This document shows, one piece after another, positions 12,018-23,545 of a stretch of DNA of 64,000 nt. Within the stretch, counting starts at the first letter, position 1. Each line of letters begins with the position of its first letter. The translations under genes and the position numbers were made by a program. The stretch lies in the IMG/VR virus record IMGVR_UViG_3300045988_124250. One strand, written 5' to 3'. The notes beneath the pieces were generated by a model. That model did no database searches, had not been told where the DNA came from, and worked only from the letters and a program-made list of their open reading frames with translations. The stretch is from a virus.

Positions 12018-13031
12018 CAATATCACTATTGGCACTGACTATTTCTTCACTCAGGCTTACGTATTAACTGCCTTCATCGTGCTCACCTTTTTGAAATGCG
12101 TATCAATAGCATTTCTACTCCCCAACAACGGGGATAGTCGATACAGGTTTAAACTATGATATTTTTCCAATTCTAATAAGTCCATACATTTGTAAATGAG
12201 CCGTATGTTATTTTATTAGAATAATCTTTATAAACTTCTCTTATATTTTCACCATTTTTACGACGTAATCTAATTTGATATACATCATTTTCATCTAAAC
12301 GAGAACGTCCATTTTTACTTCCAATATTCGACGTATTATGTTTATGAAAATTCTTATTTTCTTCGGTAAATACTTCTGGCATAACATTTTTCCATGTTTC
12401 TCCATTCCATATTTTATGAAAACCTGATTCTCCAATTAAATTTTTATAATTTTCATAAACTTCATTTTTTCGCTCATGATTATTATATCGAGAACGAATA
12501 TCAATAACATCTTGTTTAGTTAATTTATGACTAGGATGACATTCTTCAGCATTAAATTGTCCTCCAGAAGTCATATTATATTGATTTGGATAAGTATTAT
12601 AATATTTAATATAATACTATTCTCGTTCATTTAATTCATTTATTTTACATTCTTCTAATATTTCAAATGTAAAATTTTCTATACCAAATTCTTGAATGGC
12701 TTGATATAATCGTTTATTAGTTTCTCGCATCCAATTGTATTTAGTTTTATGTTCTTTAAAACGTTCTTCAATTTGGACACTCTATCCAATATAAGAAAAA
12801 TTATTTATTTTATTCGTAATTTTATATATACCTATCATTATAATTACCTCACTTTATTAGTAAGATAATATCATAGTTTCTTCCCACGAGATTATCTTCA
12901 TTTATATTTTAAATTTATTCATTTCAGGATTTCCTGAAATGTCCAAATTTTGAAGACTACCTCGTTAGCCTATTATAATTAATAGACCCCACTGATAAGT
13001 GGAAAAGTGAGTAAGGGCCAGACTATCTCTT
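12018..13031 (-). mobile_element. ~1014-nt intervening sequence splitting gyrB, group I-like intron with GIY-YIG homing endonuclease ORF
   Basis: exon 1 ends ...AAA GGG T, insert begins AAGAG..., ends ...AACACG (terminal G), exon 2 resumes TA GGT GAA ATG; splicing restores codons K-G-L-G-E-M of GyrB. Confidence 0.55.
12173..12836 (-). CDS. GIY-YIG homing endonuclease (intron-encoded, 2 in-frame TAG)
   Basis: MIGIYKITNKINNFSYIG-TAG-SVQIEERFKEHK...EREQYYIKYYNTYPNQYN resembles I-TevI-type GIY-YIG module; GTGAGGT RBS. Confidence 0.6.
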
Positions 13032-14739
13032 ACCCTTTCATACGTCCTAGTTCAAATTGGCGATTCATTGATTTACGAAATTCTGTTAACGCTCGTTCAT
13101 CTTTTAAATACTTAATATTAGTGCCCCAAGTAGCCTTAAACAATGGAGGCACGGCAGTATAAATATAACCTTTTTCCAGAAGCTCAGGCGCAAATTTCCA
13201 AATAAATGTTAAAAATAGGACACGAATATGACTACCATCAACATCAGCATCTGCGGTAATAATAATTTTACCATAGCGCAATTTAGATTCATCGACAATA
13301 ACTTTGCCATTTTGAACTTCCAATCCAAATGCATCAATCATAGCACTAATTTCATTATTACTTAATGCTTTATGTAAATCTGCTTTTAAGGTGTTAATAA
13401 TTTTACCTTTTAAGGGTAAAACCGCCTGTGTATTACGATTTCGAGCATTTTTTGCTGGTCCTTCAGCAGATTTACCCTCAACGATAAATACTTCACAATT
13501 CTTTCTATCTTTACTATTGGCATCACTTAGAATACCAGGAAGCATAGCACGTTTTTTTGTATCAGCTTTACGGACTGTTTCTTTAGCTTTCTTTGCTTTT
13601 TCTCTTGCGGCACGAGCCAATAGAGCTTTATCAACAATAGCTTTAGCATCTTTTTCATTTGATATTAGCCAGACTTTTAAATCTTTGGAAACAAGTCGCT
13701 GAACCATTGTACGCGCTTCACTGCTTGACAGAACATCTTTAGTCTGGCCTGAAAATACTGGGTCTGGCATAATAAATGAGAGAACTAGAGTTAATCCTTC
13801 TTTTAATTCTTCACCAGTAATATTAGCATCTTTATCTTTCAAGAGCCCTTTTTCACGAGCATAATCATTGATTGATGTTGTTAATGCTGTTCTAAACCCA
13901 GTCAAATGAGTTCCACCACTATTAGGGATAGAATTGGTATAGAGTTTATAAGTATCGCTATAAGTATCATTATATTGAAGCGCGATTTTTACACCAATTC
14001 TATCTTCTGTATTTTCGGTATAAAATACAGAAGTGAGAGTAGTTTTTTTATTATTTAAATCTTTAATATAGTCTAAAATACCATTTTTAGAACTAATTGT
14101 TTCTTCTGGTTTATCTTCAAATTTTAATGTGAAGAGCATTCCAGGAGACAAATAAGCTAATTCTTGAATTTGCTTTTTCAGAGCGTCATAATCAAGTTTA
14201 ATACCTTCCTTGAAAATGGTGGCATCTGGACGGAATTTTACCCAAGTTCCTGTATTTTTATCGCTATATTTTTCTTCTTTATAATTAATTAATTTACCAC
14301 ATTTAAATGAAGCACTTGCGCGCTTTCCATCTCTAAATGAGATAACTTGAAATTGTTCAGATAATGCGTTAGTTGCTTTTGCACCGACGCCATTCATACC
14401 ACCAGATGTATTATATCCAGTTTTTCCATTACTATCGAATTTAGCACCGGTGTGTAGTTTTGTATAAACATTTACTAATGTTTCACTACCATCTTTTGCT
14501 TTACCGAATGGAACACCACGACCATTATCTTTAACTTCAATATCACCATCTTTATTGACAGCAATATTACATTCAGTACAATGGCCATTTAAATATTCAT
14601 CGACAGCATTGGAAATAATTTCAAGGGTAATATGTCTTACGCCATCAGGTCCGACTGAACCAATATACATACCTGGTCTAAGTCGAATAGCTTCGATGCC
14701 TTCAAGCGTTTTTATGTCTTTTACGCCATAATCAGACAT
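13030..14739 (-). CDS. gyrB: type II topoisomerase subunit B, exon 1 (ATPase + TOPRIM)
   Basis: 569-aa ORF with GyrB ATPase (Bergerat) and TOPRIM regions; ends ...NRQFELGRMKG then stop, i.e. exactly where GyrB is interrupted. Confidence 0.8.
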   Translation of the reverse strand: MSDYGVKDIKTLEGIEAIRLRPGMYIGSVGPDGVRHITLEIISNAVDEYLNGHCTECNIAVNKDGDIEVKDNGRGVPFGKAKDGSETLVNVYTKLHTGAKFDSNGKTGYNTSGGMNGVGAKATNALSEQFQVISFRDGKRASASFKCGKLINYKEEKYSDKNTGTWVKFRPDATIFKEGIKLDYDALKKQIQELAYLSPGMLFTLKFEDKPEETISSKNGILDYIKDLNNKKTTLTSVFYTENTEDRIGVKIALQYNDTYSDTYKLYTNSIPNSGGTHLTGFRTALTTSINDYAREKGLLKDKDANITGEELKEGLTLVLSFIMPDPVFSGQTKDVLSSSEARTMVQRLVSKDLKVWLISNEKDAKAIVDKALLARAAREKAKKAKETVRKADTKKRAMLPGILSDANSKDRKNCEVFIVEGKSAEGPAKNARNRNTQAVLPLKGKIINTLKADLHKALSNNEISAMIDAFGLEVQNGKVIVDESKLRYGKIIITADADVDGSHIRVLFLTFIWKFAPELLEKGYIYTAVPPLFKATWGTNIKYLKDERALTEFRKSMNRQFELGRMKG

Positions 14740-14819
14740 TTATTAAATCTCCTTCCAATTATTTCTTTTTTATACTTTTTCTTTATATATTTATATTATA
14801 TCAAAAATTTTTAGAATTG

Positions 14820-15878
14820 TCAAGAAATCGTGGCTAAAATTGGTTGAATTTTCTTTAAGTCATCGAGCGAGGTGTTGGCGAATGAAATTCGCGCATAACC
14901 AGGCATATTATAATTCTCTCCAGAGAGAATATAAATATCATGCTCTGCCAATTCTTTAAATGTTTTATCAAAATTCTTTACAGGGACACAAAAATACAGT
15001 CCCGCATCAGGAGCTTTCCAACCGCATGATTCCGCCAAATAATCTCTGCGTGCTTTATAATCAACAATTCTATTATCAATAATATTATCCCAATTATATT
15101 CAACTGCCTTTTGGATAAGAGAATTAGGAGGCCCAATAGTATTAGATTTAATATGAATCATATTAGATGCAATCATACTATTACCACAAATTGCATATCC
15201 AAAACGCCATCCGGTTAGAGAATATTTTTTAGAAAAACTTTTAATTACAACAGTATTGGGCCACATTTGCGCTGACATATAACTAGTTTTTTCTTTGTCA
15301 TAAATAAAATCTTCATAGACTTCATCTACAATAAGATAAAAATTATTTTCCTCAGCCATGTCCACAAGGCGTCGAATAGTAGATGGGCCATAAATTTTTC
15401 CTGTTGGGTTATTCGGATTGTTTAGCACAATCGCTCGCGTATTCGGATTGACAAAATTAGAAATTTTTTGTAAAATTTTAGTGAAGTCAGATAAATCGAT
15501 ATATCTAACCACACCATTAGCATTTCTAATCATATCAGTATAGCATGACCAAGTAGGTCCGCATACGATATATTCATTTTTCTCAGTATCTTTTTTAGTT
15601 GCTTGAATGGCAAGATTAATAAGTTCTTTTGCGCCATTGCCAATAACAACGCGAGTGGGATGGCTAGGATAAATTTTTTGACGCAAACTTTGATATCCTG
15701 CTATTGGACTATAATTATGGATACCCATATTCATAGCATATGATAGTCCGCCCATAATACGAGGAGGGACTGGATAATTAGGGTCGCCAGTAGCTAAATT
15801 ATAAACAGTTTCACCATGTTCTATTCTGGTTTTAATAATTAAATCAATTTCAGAAGGTGTAAAACTCATAAAAATCAT
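14820..15878 (-). CDS. PLP-dependent aminotransferase (class I/II)
   Basis: NPNNPTG and SFSKKYSLTGWRFGY (PLP-lysine) motifs. Confidence 0.75.
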   Translation of the reverse strand: MIFMSFTPSEIDLIIKTRIEHGETVYNLATGDPNYPVPPRIMGGLSYAMNMGIHNYSPIAGYQSLRQKIYPSHPTRVVIGNGAKELINLAIQATKKDTEKNEYIVCGPTWSCYTDMIRNANGVVRYIDLSDFTKILQKISNFVNPNTRAIVLNNPNNPTGKIYGPSTIRRLVDMAEENNFYLIVDEVYEDFIYDKEKTSYMSAQMWPNTVVIKSFSKKYSLTGWRFGYAICGNSMIASNMIHIKSNTIGPPNSLIQKAVEYNWDNIIDNRIVDYKARRDYLAESCGWKAPDAGLYFCVPVKNFDKTFKELAEHDIYILSGENYNMPGYARISFANTSLDDLKKIQPILATIS

Positions 15879-15929
15879 ACTCCTTTATTAATTTAATTAT
15901 ATTATAACAAATAAATTAAGAAATAGCAA

Positions 15930-15970
15930 ATAAAAAAAATAAGGGTTAGCGAATTAATTCGCTAACCCTG
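15930..15970 (-). terminator. terminator GGGTTAGCGAATTAATTCGCTAACCC + U-run
   Basis: perfect 11-bp palindrome; related TTAGCGAA...TTCGCTAA hairpin recurs at 57460-57477. Confidence 0.55.
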
Positions 15971-15978
15971 TAAATAGA

Positions 15979-16350
15979 TTATCCAACTGGATCTTGTGAG
16001 TTTCCAGAAACTTCATTAATTATATCATCGGTTGAAACATCTTGATGAGGATAGGTTGTATTAGCATAAGCATTATCGATACTTCGTATAATACTTTCAA
16101 ATTTAACACCATCCTTTGTATTTTCTAATGCGGCTTTTTTATAATAAAATACTTGGCTCACGCCATATGCACTCCAAGGGAATGCTGCCATAGCGGTAAG
16201 CCAAGGTAATTCACCAAAATACTATTTTATTACACAATAAAACGCTAATACAATAAAACATATGGTAGTTATCCATATTAATATAGATTCTTGTATTAGT
16301 AAGGTTTTTGAAAATTCTTTTTTCTTCTAACGCATATCTTTTTTAGCCAT
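15979..16350 (-). CDS. holin-like small membrane protein (in-frame TAGs)
   Basis: one TM segment ILIWITTICFIVLAFYCVI; immediately upstream of endolysin; terminator 15930-15970. Confidence 0.4.
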
Positions 16351-16352
16351 AA

Positions 16353-18191
16353 TTATTTCTTAGTTGTATAGGCAAGATCAATCCATCCGGCACCGCTTTT
16401 CAGTTTACCGAACCCATTTTTCTCTTCAACTATAGTATAAGCGCCTTTGTTTAAAACCATTTTTACTTTACTAGTATTATTTGGTTGAGCGCGAACATTT
16501 AATTTTTCAATATTAACATAAACTACATATGGTTTAAATGGCTTAGCTGGAGTATAAATTACTTTGCCTTCGGAATCAAATACTTTATAATCTCCGCCCA
16601 GTTTATCACAAGCTTTTTTGGCATTATCTAATGAACTATATGCTCCCATTTGAGTTTTACTATCAGTCCAAGTTTTACGAATACGATATAATTGAACTTT
16701 AGTAGTAGATGAATTAGGAGTATTTGATGGAGTAGATGAAGATGTAGTATTCATTAATTTAGCTACATCAGCACGAACTGTTGCCATTGATTTACCGAAT
16801 TTGGGGAACCAATGGTTAATATCACCATGATTTGACCCTAAACCGAGAGCATTACTATCAGCATGACAGAGAATTGTAGGAACATTTACACCCTTGAAAT
16901 TAACTGTGCCATTTGGATCAATATTGTATTTTTTACATAGATAAGCTGTTAACTGACAAGCTTCTTCATATACTTGTTTAAGATATGTTTCATTAGCTAA
17001 TCCATCTTCACAGATTTCAAATTGAATCCATCCATCATTACAAGAGCCTTTTGGACCGCTGCCGCAGCCCCAAGGACGATAATCCCAAGGCATAGTTTGG
17101 ACGCATCCAACAATTCCATCTGCCATTTTACCTACCCAGGCATTTAACCCAGCTTGACGAGTAATATGATTCCAATCATTTTTATTTACATTTTTACCTA
17201 ATTTTGCGATTGCTTCATTATAACCAGAATCGCCTTCATAGGGCTAAACATAACGCTTTAACCAAGTATTATTGGCACCAGTACTATGCCATAAAACTCC
17301 TTTAATCTGCATTTTACTTGTGCCTTTATAACAAGTGCTATTTTTCTACATACAAACAAATGGAGGGTTGCTATCTGTATATTTTAATTTACTTGTCATT
17401 GTAGGTTGTGTAGCTTTTTTCAATGCTGTCTGAACTGCTGTTAGAGTAGCTGGTCCAGCTATTCCATCAACCTTTAATCCATTTTTCTATTGAAATGAAC
17501 GCACAGCGGCTTCAGTTCCAGAACCAAAATCTCCATCTGCTCCGGCAGAACCACAAGAATAACCCAGAGAAATTAAATTATTCTGTAGAGCGCGCACAGC
17601 GTCATTTCTATCTCCGCGTTTAAGTAAAGCTGTTGTAGAAGTGGCTGAAGTATCACGTTCATATGATGGAGGCATAGTTTTTAGAGTCCAATATGCTGGA
17701 CGACCATAACCACGAATATTGCCCGCACCAACAATTAGAGTTCTACGTTTGACACTATCACTATAATTACCTTCAATAGTAGTAATTACATTATTGTTTA
17801 CTCGTTCTACAATACCAACATGGTCAGCAGAACCATCATTAGGCTGAGTAGATTTGTCCCAATTATAAAAAATATAATCACCAGGTTCAGGAGCTTTAGT
17901 TCCATCTTCTTCCCACTTACTTACTGAATGGTTTTTAAATAATTGGACATGTTTCTCACATCCTACTTCTGTTGGAATAATATCTGTTAATCCAGCTTTA
18001 ATTGCTATAGCAGATGCGAATCCAGAGCACCAAGAGTCAGTATATTTTAATGCATAACCACGAGCTAATGGTTTATGAGAATTGTATAAATCTACAATTT
18101 TTTTATGACTACCATCAGATTCTTTGCATCCAATATATGACTGAGCTAAATAAACGACGTATTCACGCCAAGCTTTTTCAATAGCAGTCAT
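16353..18191 (-). CDS. multidomain endolysin: N-terminal NlpC/P60-CHAP-like peptidase, PG-binding repeat, amidase_2 (MurNAc-L-Ala amidase), C-terminal SH3-like; 3 in-frame TAG
   Basis: ORFs 17487..18191 and 16353..17126 are in frame (363 nt apart); linking codons encode FQ-TAG-KNGLKVDGIAGPATL (PG_binding_1) and VLWHSTGANNTW (amidase_2); ILCHADSN...GH in C-terminal ORF. Confidence 0.65.
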
Positions 18192-18219
18192 TTAATCATT
18201 CCTCTCTTTAAAAAATTAT

Positions 18220-18252
18220 ATATAAAAAGAGACGCTCCGAAGAGCGCCTCTA
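18220..18252 (-). terminator. terminator hairpin after phoH
   Basis: AGAGGCGCUCUUCGGAGCGUCUCU + UUUUUAUAUAUA. Confidence 0.45.
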
Positions 18253-18409
18253 TATTGGCTTATTACATTTTTTGAGCAATTTCTGCAATTTTACTACGAT
18301 GAATAGTTTTTAATTCTACTTCACCATATACATCGCTACCTCTAAATACCTTAGAAGCTCGACGCATACCATTATTTGCACCAGCAAAATGTACGTCATC
18401 AACCTAGGT

Positions 18410-19516
18410 CTAAGCATCGCCGTCAATAATACAAATACTATCTTCGCCAATGCGCTGTAAGGCTAATTTCATTAGAGTAATATCAAGGTTTTGAGCTTCT
18501 GAAATATAAATACCAGCATTCATACCAGTAGTATCATAACCTCTAATATCTGACATAGGTAATAGAATTAATTTTTCACGATCCATTAATTCTTCAACTG
18601 CAATTCTATCTCCTAATTTACTAATTAATAGATTGCCGATTTGAGAATCAAGAAGTTTTTCATCTCGACTACCAGGATAAAAACCTAGTTTAGCAGAATT
18701 TTTAGTCGCTACGGTATTACAGAAAATAATAACTTTATCAATTTGGCCGCGGTCAAGCATATGTAGTAAAAATCCAAGAGCAAGATAAGTCTTACCTGTT
18801 CCTGCTGGGCCTTTTAACATAGTAATTTTATTATTTACTAAGCTGTCGCAAGCGAGCTATTGATAAGCATCCCCTTTAATTGGCTTGACTTCACCGAACC
18901 ATCGTGAATTAAATGATTTATAATCTAAATGTCGATAATATTCACCATTCCAACATAAGCGGTCTACAATTTCTCCTTCTGTATTTTTAACAAGGATATA
19001 TTCGCCTACCTGAAGATTCCATTCGTTTTCACTTGGATTGGTATAAAAATCACCCATACAATCATCGGACATAGTAATTTCTTTATATCCAGTATAATTG
19101 TCAGGTTTATCTTCTTCTAATGATTGGATATTAGAAGTAAATACTCGTGCGATACTTTTTAAGGCTAAATCATTAGTAATAAATACTATTTTTTCTTCTG
19201 GAAATAATCGCACACATTCCAAATAACAACTAAGAATTTTTGTATCATTGGTTAATTCAAAATCTCTTTGTGTTATATTTTGAGCATATGTATTTTGGTA
19301 GTTAATAATTAAATATTGACCAAAATGCTCATCTAAATCGTGGAGAAGTTGACGAGCTGAAAATTTTACATTATCATCTTTATTAGTTGATGTTTTTATA
19401 TTTTCTAATTCTTGTAATGTAATTGAAGAAATAATAAAATCTTCTGGTTCATCAAACAAATTCCCCGCTCTCAGAAGCAGGCTACAGGTATCATAGAATT
19501 GTCTTGTTTTTATCAT
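18410..19516 (-). CDS. phoH: PhoH-like ATPase with N-terminal PIN domain, in-frame TAG at 18857-18859
   Basis: ORF 18857..19516 and 18410..18820 share a frame; ...KGDAYQ-TAG-LACDSLVNNKIT-MLKGPAGTGKTYLALG (Walker A directly after). Confidence 0.7.
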
Positions 19517-19804
19517 TCAGTATCTTCCTCTTCTGTTTTAGATTCTTCTTTCTTTTCAACAATAAAACCGATTTTTTTAACTGTTGCAGTAGGATTAGAA
19601 AGGGCCTTGATGCGAGCCTCGCTCTCAGAGATTTTTTCAGCACATGCTTGTTTAGGACATTCTAACCAAGTTAAAAATACTTTAAGTAATCCATCAAAAC
19701 AAGGAATAATATAATCAGAAAAAATTATGCCAGCGAGAAAAACTAATAAATATTCGATAGTATATTCACCCTTCCGTTTCTAAATTTAAATTTTTAGATA
19801 CGAA

Positions 19805-20235
19805 TATTAATTTGAATTGTCCGTTGCTTCGCTCTTCAGACGAATTCTTTTATATAATTTATCTTTTTCTTTAATATACCCATGTAGATACTATTGTTCA
19901 TTAGCAATAGCACGTTTACACATCATTAAATCTTCTTCAAGATTTTTAATTTCAGAATTTAATCGTCTTGAAAAATAATTAGGGGTATCACTTTCCCAGA
20001 CTGCTAATGTTGATTTAAGATGATTTAATGCTTCTAATTTTGGTAAAATTTCACAATTTTTTACAAATTTTAAATATTTTTGATGAGCGCGAGACTCAGC
20101 AATAAAACACCCAGTTTTTTCACTCATAAAATCTTCATCATCTGGATGACAGTGAGCCTATCCTACGAAGTAATGGTCCTTATACTCAATTACGCATAGA
20201 GTTTGACCATTATCATATTCAAAAGAAGTTTTCAT
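19805..20235 (-). CDS. hypothetical protein (2 in-frame TAG)
   Basis: AAGGAGAATCAT-ATG start at 20235; ORF 19891..20127 continues through TAG 19891-19893 to TAA ~19805. Confidence 0.35.
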
Positions 20236-20364
20236 ATGATTCTCCTTATATTATTATTTATATTTATATTATATCAAAAAATATAGGAAAATGCAAATAG
20301 TTGCTATTTGGTCAAAAAATTGCTATAGGTGTGATGAATCGAAATTACGACCGAAGTCGGGAAC

Positions 20365-20403
20365 AAATAAAAAAAATGGGAGAGAATTTTTATTCTCTCC
20401 CAT
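20365..20403 (-). terminator. terminator GGGAGAGAAT-N5-ATTCTCTCCC
   Basis: hairpin + T-run. Confidence 0.5.
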
Positions 20404-20408
20404 TTAGA

Positions 20409-21437
20409 TTATAAAGATTGCCAATTATCTATATCAAATTTTTCTGGATCTAAATATTTTTTATCTGTGAAATAATGAACAAATTCTCCACCTTTTACAA
20501 ATTCAGTTAAATCAACTGCGTGGAATGGTTCGCTACCAGCACCAACAGTGCGGAATGAACCGCCATTAATTTCAGCTTTTACAGTAGCAATAGATAATTC
20601 ATCATTACCCATAGGATTCCCCTCGAAAAATGGGCATTCAGCAATTAATTGACCATCATTAATAATTACATTAATAGGTTGTTTAGTAGAATGTTGAGCA
20701 ATAGCAACTGCTACACCTTTTGAGGTCGGGCCACTGCCATTTTTTACCATACATTCATTAGCAAAACCATAGGCTTCAGCAATACCACCATTCATAGTAA
20801 AATCTCCGCTACGAATTTCAATAGCTGAACGTCCACGGATTACGCCATCATTAAATGTCATTTTACCATTAAATTGAGGTTGATAATAACCACAATTATC
20901 TTCTCCAGTGATAATACTTGAAGCTTCAATTAACCCGCCATTAATGATACATTCAGTATTTCCACGACCAGCATTAGAACCATTTCCACTGATACCATAA
21001 CATTGACCAACAATATGTCCACCATTAACAATTAATTTAGCAGGTTTAGAATTATCATTATCAGTTTTATCAACTGTTAAAACAATACCGCAATATACAC
21101 AACCACCAGGACTTACTCCAAAAATTTCACCTTCACCATTAATAGTTAGAGTTCCGCCGTGATGAATGGCTAATAGACCAGAATTGAAATTCCAATTAGG
21201 TTTCGCGGTTAGCGATTTTCCGTTTAAATTGAGTGTAATATCTTGTCCATCCCCAATTACGACTTGAGCACTCATAACTTCATTACCGACTAAGGTGATA
21301 GTAGATGGAGTAGTTCCGCAAGCGATAACTGCTTCATTTAAACTGGCATATCTTTCGCCATTTACTTCTGCAACATATGCATTAGCATCGACAATATTAT
21401 AAACTTGTCCTTTAATTTTAATTTTAGAAATATTCAT
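20409..21437 (-). CDS. right-handed beta-helix protein (possible tail spike/depolymerase)
   Basis: 342 aa rich in NGG/GxxG beta-helix repeats; terminator 20365-20403. Confidence 0.4.
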   Translation of the reverse strand: MNISKIKIKGQVYNIVDANAYVAEVNGERYASLNEAVIACGTTPSTITLVGNEVMSAQVVIGDGQDITLNLNGKSLTAKPNWNFNSGLLAIHHGGTLTINGEGEIFGVSPGGCVYCGIVLTVDKTDNDNSKPAKLIVNGGHIVGQCYGISGNGSNAGRGNTECIINGGLIEASSIITGEDNCGYYQPQFNGKMTFNDGVIRGRSAIEIRSGDFTMNGGIAEAYGFANECMVKNGSGPTSKGVAVAIAQHSTKQPINVIINDGQLIAECPFFEGNPMGNDELSIATVKAEINGGSFRTVGAGSEPFHAVDLTEFVKGGEFVHYFTDKKYLDPEKFDIDNWQSL

Positions 21438-21440
21438 ATT

Positions 21441-22011
21441 AGCCCTCCTCTACTGTATCAATCAAATCATCAGGCAATACTAAGGTATCTCCTTCAACTT
21501 TAACATCACTCAATTTTTCTACTTTTTCATTAGCCGTAGCTAATTCTGATTTAGTTGTATTAAGCTCAGTTTCTTTATTATTTAAATTTGTTTGTAATGT
21601 AGTAATTTGAGTTTCTTTTTCAGTTAATGTATTTTTTTGCTCCTGGATTGTAGCAGTTAATTCATTAATCTACTTAGTTGCTTTAGCTTCTTTTGCTTGA
21701 TATTCAGCAACTTGAGTTTCTAACTCAGCAATACGGGCTTCTGCTTCAGCACTACTTCCACTTCCACCAGCGCTTACTAATTTCATTTTTTTCCAAGTGC
21801 GACTTCCACCTGATAAAATATAACTATTACCAGTAGCAATAATATATGCAGTAGAACCAGGTGCATCGAGGACTGATAAATTATTTACTTCTTTTTCTTC
21901 GTCAAGAACATATTCTGTCAATCCATATGTAGTGTGTCCACTTTTTGACATTATATTTACCATACTAATGCCTCCTTTATTTTTTATATCTATTAAATCT
22001 AAAAAAATCAC
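21441..22011 (-). CDS. hypothetical protein with C-terminal coiled coil (TAG at 21670-21672 read through)
   Basis: ORF 21670..22011 continues in frame to TAA just before next gene start. Confidence 0.35.
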
Positions 22012-22039
22012 GGATGCAATTAGTTGATTATACCCAAGA

Positions 22040-22076
22040 GTATAAAAATAGACCGCTGAAATTAATCAGCGGTCTA
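22040..22076 (-). terminator. terminator AGACCGCTGA-N6-TCAGCGGTCT
   Basis: hairpin + T-run. Confidence 0.5.
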
Positions 22077-22081
22077 TAAAA

Positions 22082-23470
22082 TTAATCTTTCTTCTTCAGG
22101 GCAGAGGTTAGCATATCCTTAATGTCAATACCACTGTCTGCCATAGCTTCCATAATCTGGTTGGCAGAAGTCATTACGTCCTTGACCAGCTTGGTTGAAT
22201 TTCCATCGCCATACTGGACAATCTTATCAACCTTAGCCAGAGGAGCTGCTGCGCTTGCGACTACATCAGGCAACGCCTTGAAGTACATCTCAATGATGGA
22301 TGCTTCGCCCATCTTCTTCTGCGCTTCAGCCTTAGCTTCAATAGCTGCGGCCTCAGCGGCACCAACTGCCTGGATACCAGCGGCTTGCTGCTCAGCGGCA
22401 TATCGGTCTGCATCAGCCTGGGCTTTCTTAGCCTCGGCGCTCTTCACAGCCTCATAGGCCTTAGCCTCAGCCTCTTTCTGGCGACGAACCAAATCAGCCT
22501 CAGCCTGCTTCTCAGCCGCAAACTTATCAGCCTCAGCCTGCTTACGAACCAGAGCATCCAGCTCGTACTCCTTCAACTGAATCTGCTTCTGCTTCAGCTC
22601 GGCTTCACGCTCTGCCTTAGCGATATTAGCATTAGTTGCGGCAACTTCCTTAATCTTGCGCTGATTCTCTTCCTCAATGCCAGTTGCTGCGGCAGCCTGT
22701 GCCTTACGTGTATCAGCCTCTTGCTGAAGCTGTGCCTGCTTGATAGCCAAATCATTATTGCGGGTAGCAATATCCTCAGCAGCCTTAACCTTGGCATCAT
22801 TGGCTTGCTTGGCATTCTCAGCCTTAGCAACCTCAATTTCACGCTCAGCATTAGACTTAGCGATTGCAGCGTTCTTGCTAATCTGAGCAACATTGTCGAT
22901 ACCCAAATTAGTAATTACATCGTTATCATCAGAGAAATTCTGAACATTGAATGTAATCAGCTCCAAACCATAGCGAGCCAGGTCGGGTACTGCGTTTTCC
23001 TGCACCTTTTCACTAAACAGCTTACGATCGCTGACCATATCAGTCAGCTTCATCTGACCAACAATTTCACGAATATTACCTTCCAGAAGGTCATTAATCT
23101 TTCGAGCAATCGTATCACGGTCTACATTAAGGAAGTTTTGAGCGGCAAGAGCAATCATCTCAGGATTTTGACCAACACGAACAGATACCGTAGAATCAAC
23201 TCTAACATTAATATACTCTGCAGTGGGGACGGCTGACCCAGTCTTTACATCAATCTGAATGGCGCCGAGAGACAAATTATCTACTCGCTCGAAGAAGGGA
23301 ATTCTGATACCAGCCTTACCAATGAGAACTCTTGGTTTCTTATGCATACCAGAGATAATCAATGCTGTATCAGGAGGGGCTTTGACGTATCCAGCTTTGA
23401 GAATAATCAGAGCCACAATTACAATCAGGACAATGGGAAGATAAGGCAAAATAGTAGTTAGAATTTCCAT
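22082..23470 (-). CDS. SPFH/band-7 (flotillin-like) membrane protein with long Ala/Lys/Glu-rich coiled coil
   Basis: N-terminal TM helix, SPFH core, ~200-aa AEAKAQ-type coiled coil; terminator 22040-22076. Confidence 0.7.
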   Translation of the reverse strand: MEILTTILPYLPIVLIVIVALIILKAGYVKAPPDTALIISGMHKKPRVLIGKAGIRIPFFERVDNLSLGAIQIDVKTGSAVPTAEYINVRVDSTVSVRVGQNPEMIALAAQNFLNVDRDTIARKINDLLEGNIREIVGQMKLTDMVSDRKLFSEKVQENAVPDLARYGLELITFNVQNFSDDNDVITNLGIDNVAQISKNAAIAKSNAEREIEVAKAENAKQANDAKVKAAEDIATRNNDLAIKQAQLQQEADTRKAQAAAATGIEEENQRKIKEVAATNANIAKAEREAELKQKQIQLKEYELDALVRKQAEADKFAAEKQAEADLVRRQKEAEAKAYEAVKSAEAKKAQADADRYAAEQQAAGIQAVGAAEAAAIEAKAEAQKKMGEASIIEMYFKALPDVVASAAAPLAKVDKIVQYGDGNSTKLVKDVMTSANQIMEAMADSGIDIKDMLTSALKKKD

Positions 23471-23545
23471 TTGTTTCTCCTTGAATATTTAATTTTTTAT
23501 ATCAAGCCTTTTATAGACTTTGGTATACATTTGATATTTTAATAA

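Noticed and set aside
12173-12574. Initial impression that the gyrB-intron ORF is an HNH endonuclease
   Set aside because: Upstream same-frame codons (through 2 TAGs) reveal GIY-x10-YIG and the ERFKEHK...ERE module of GIY-YIG enzymes.
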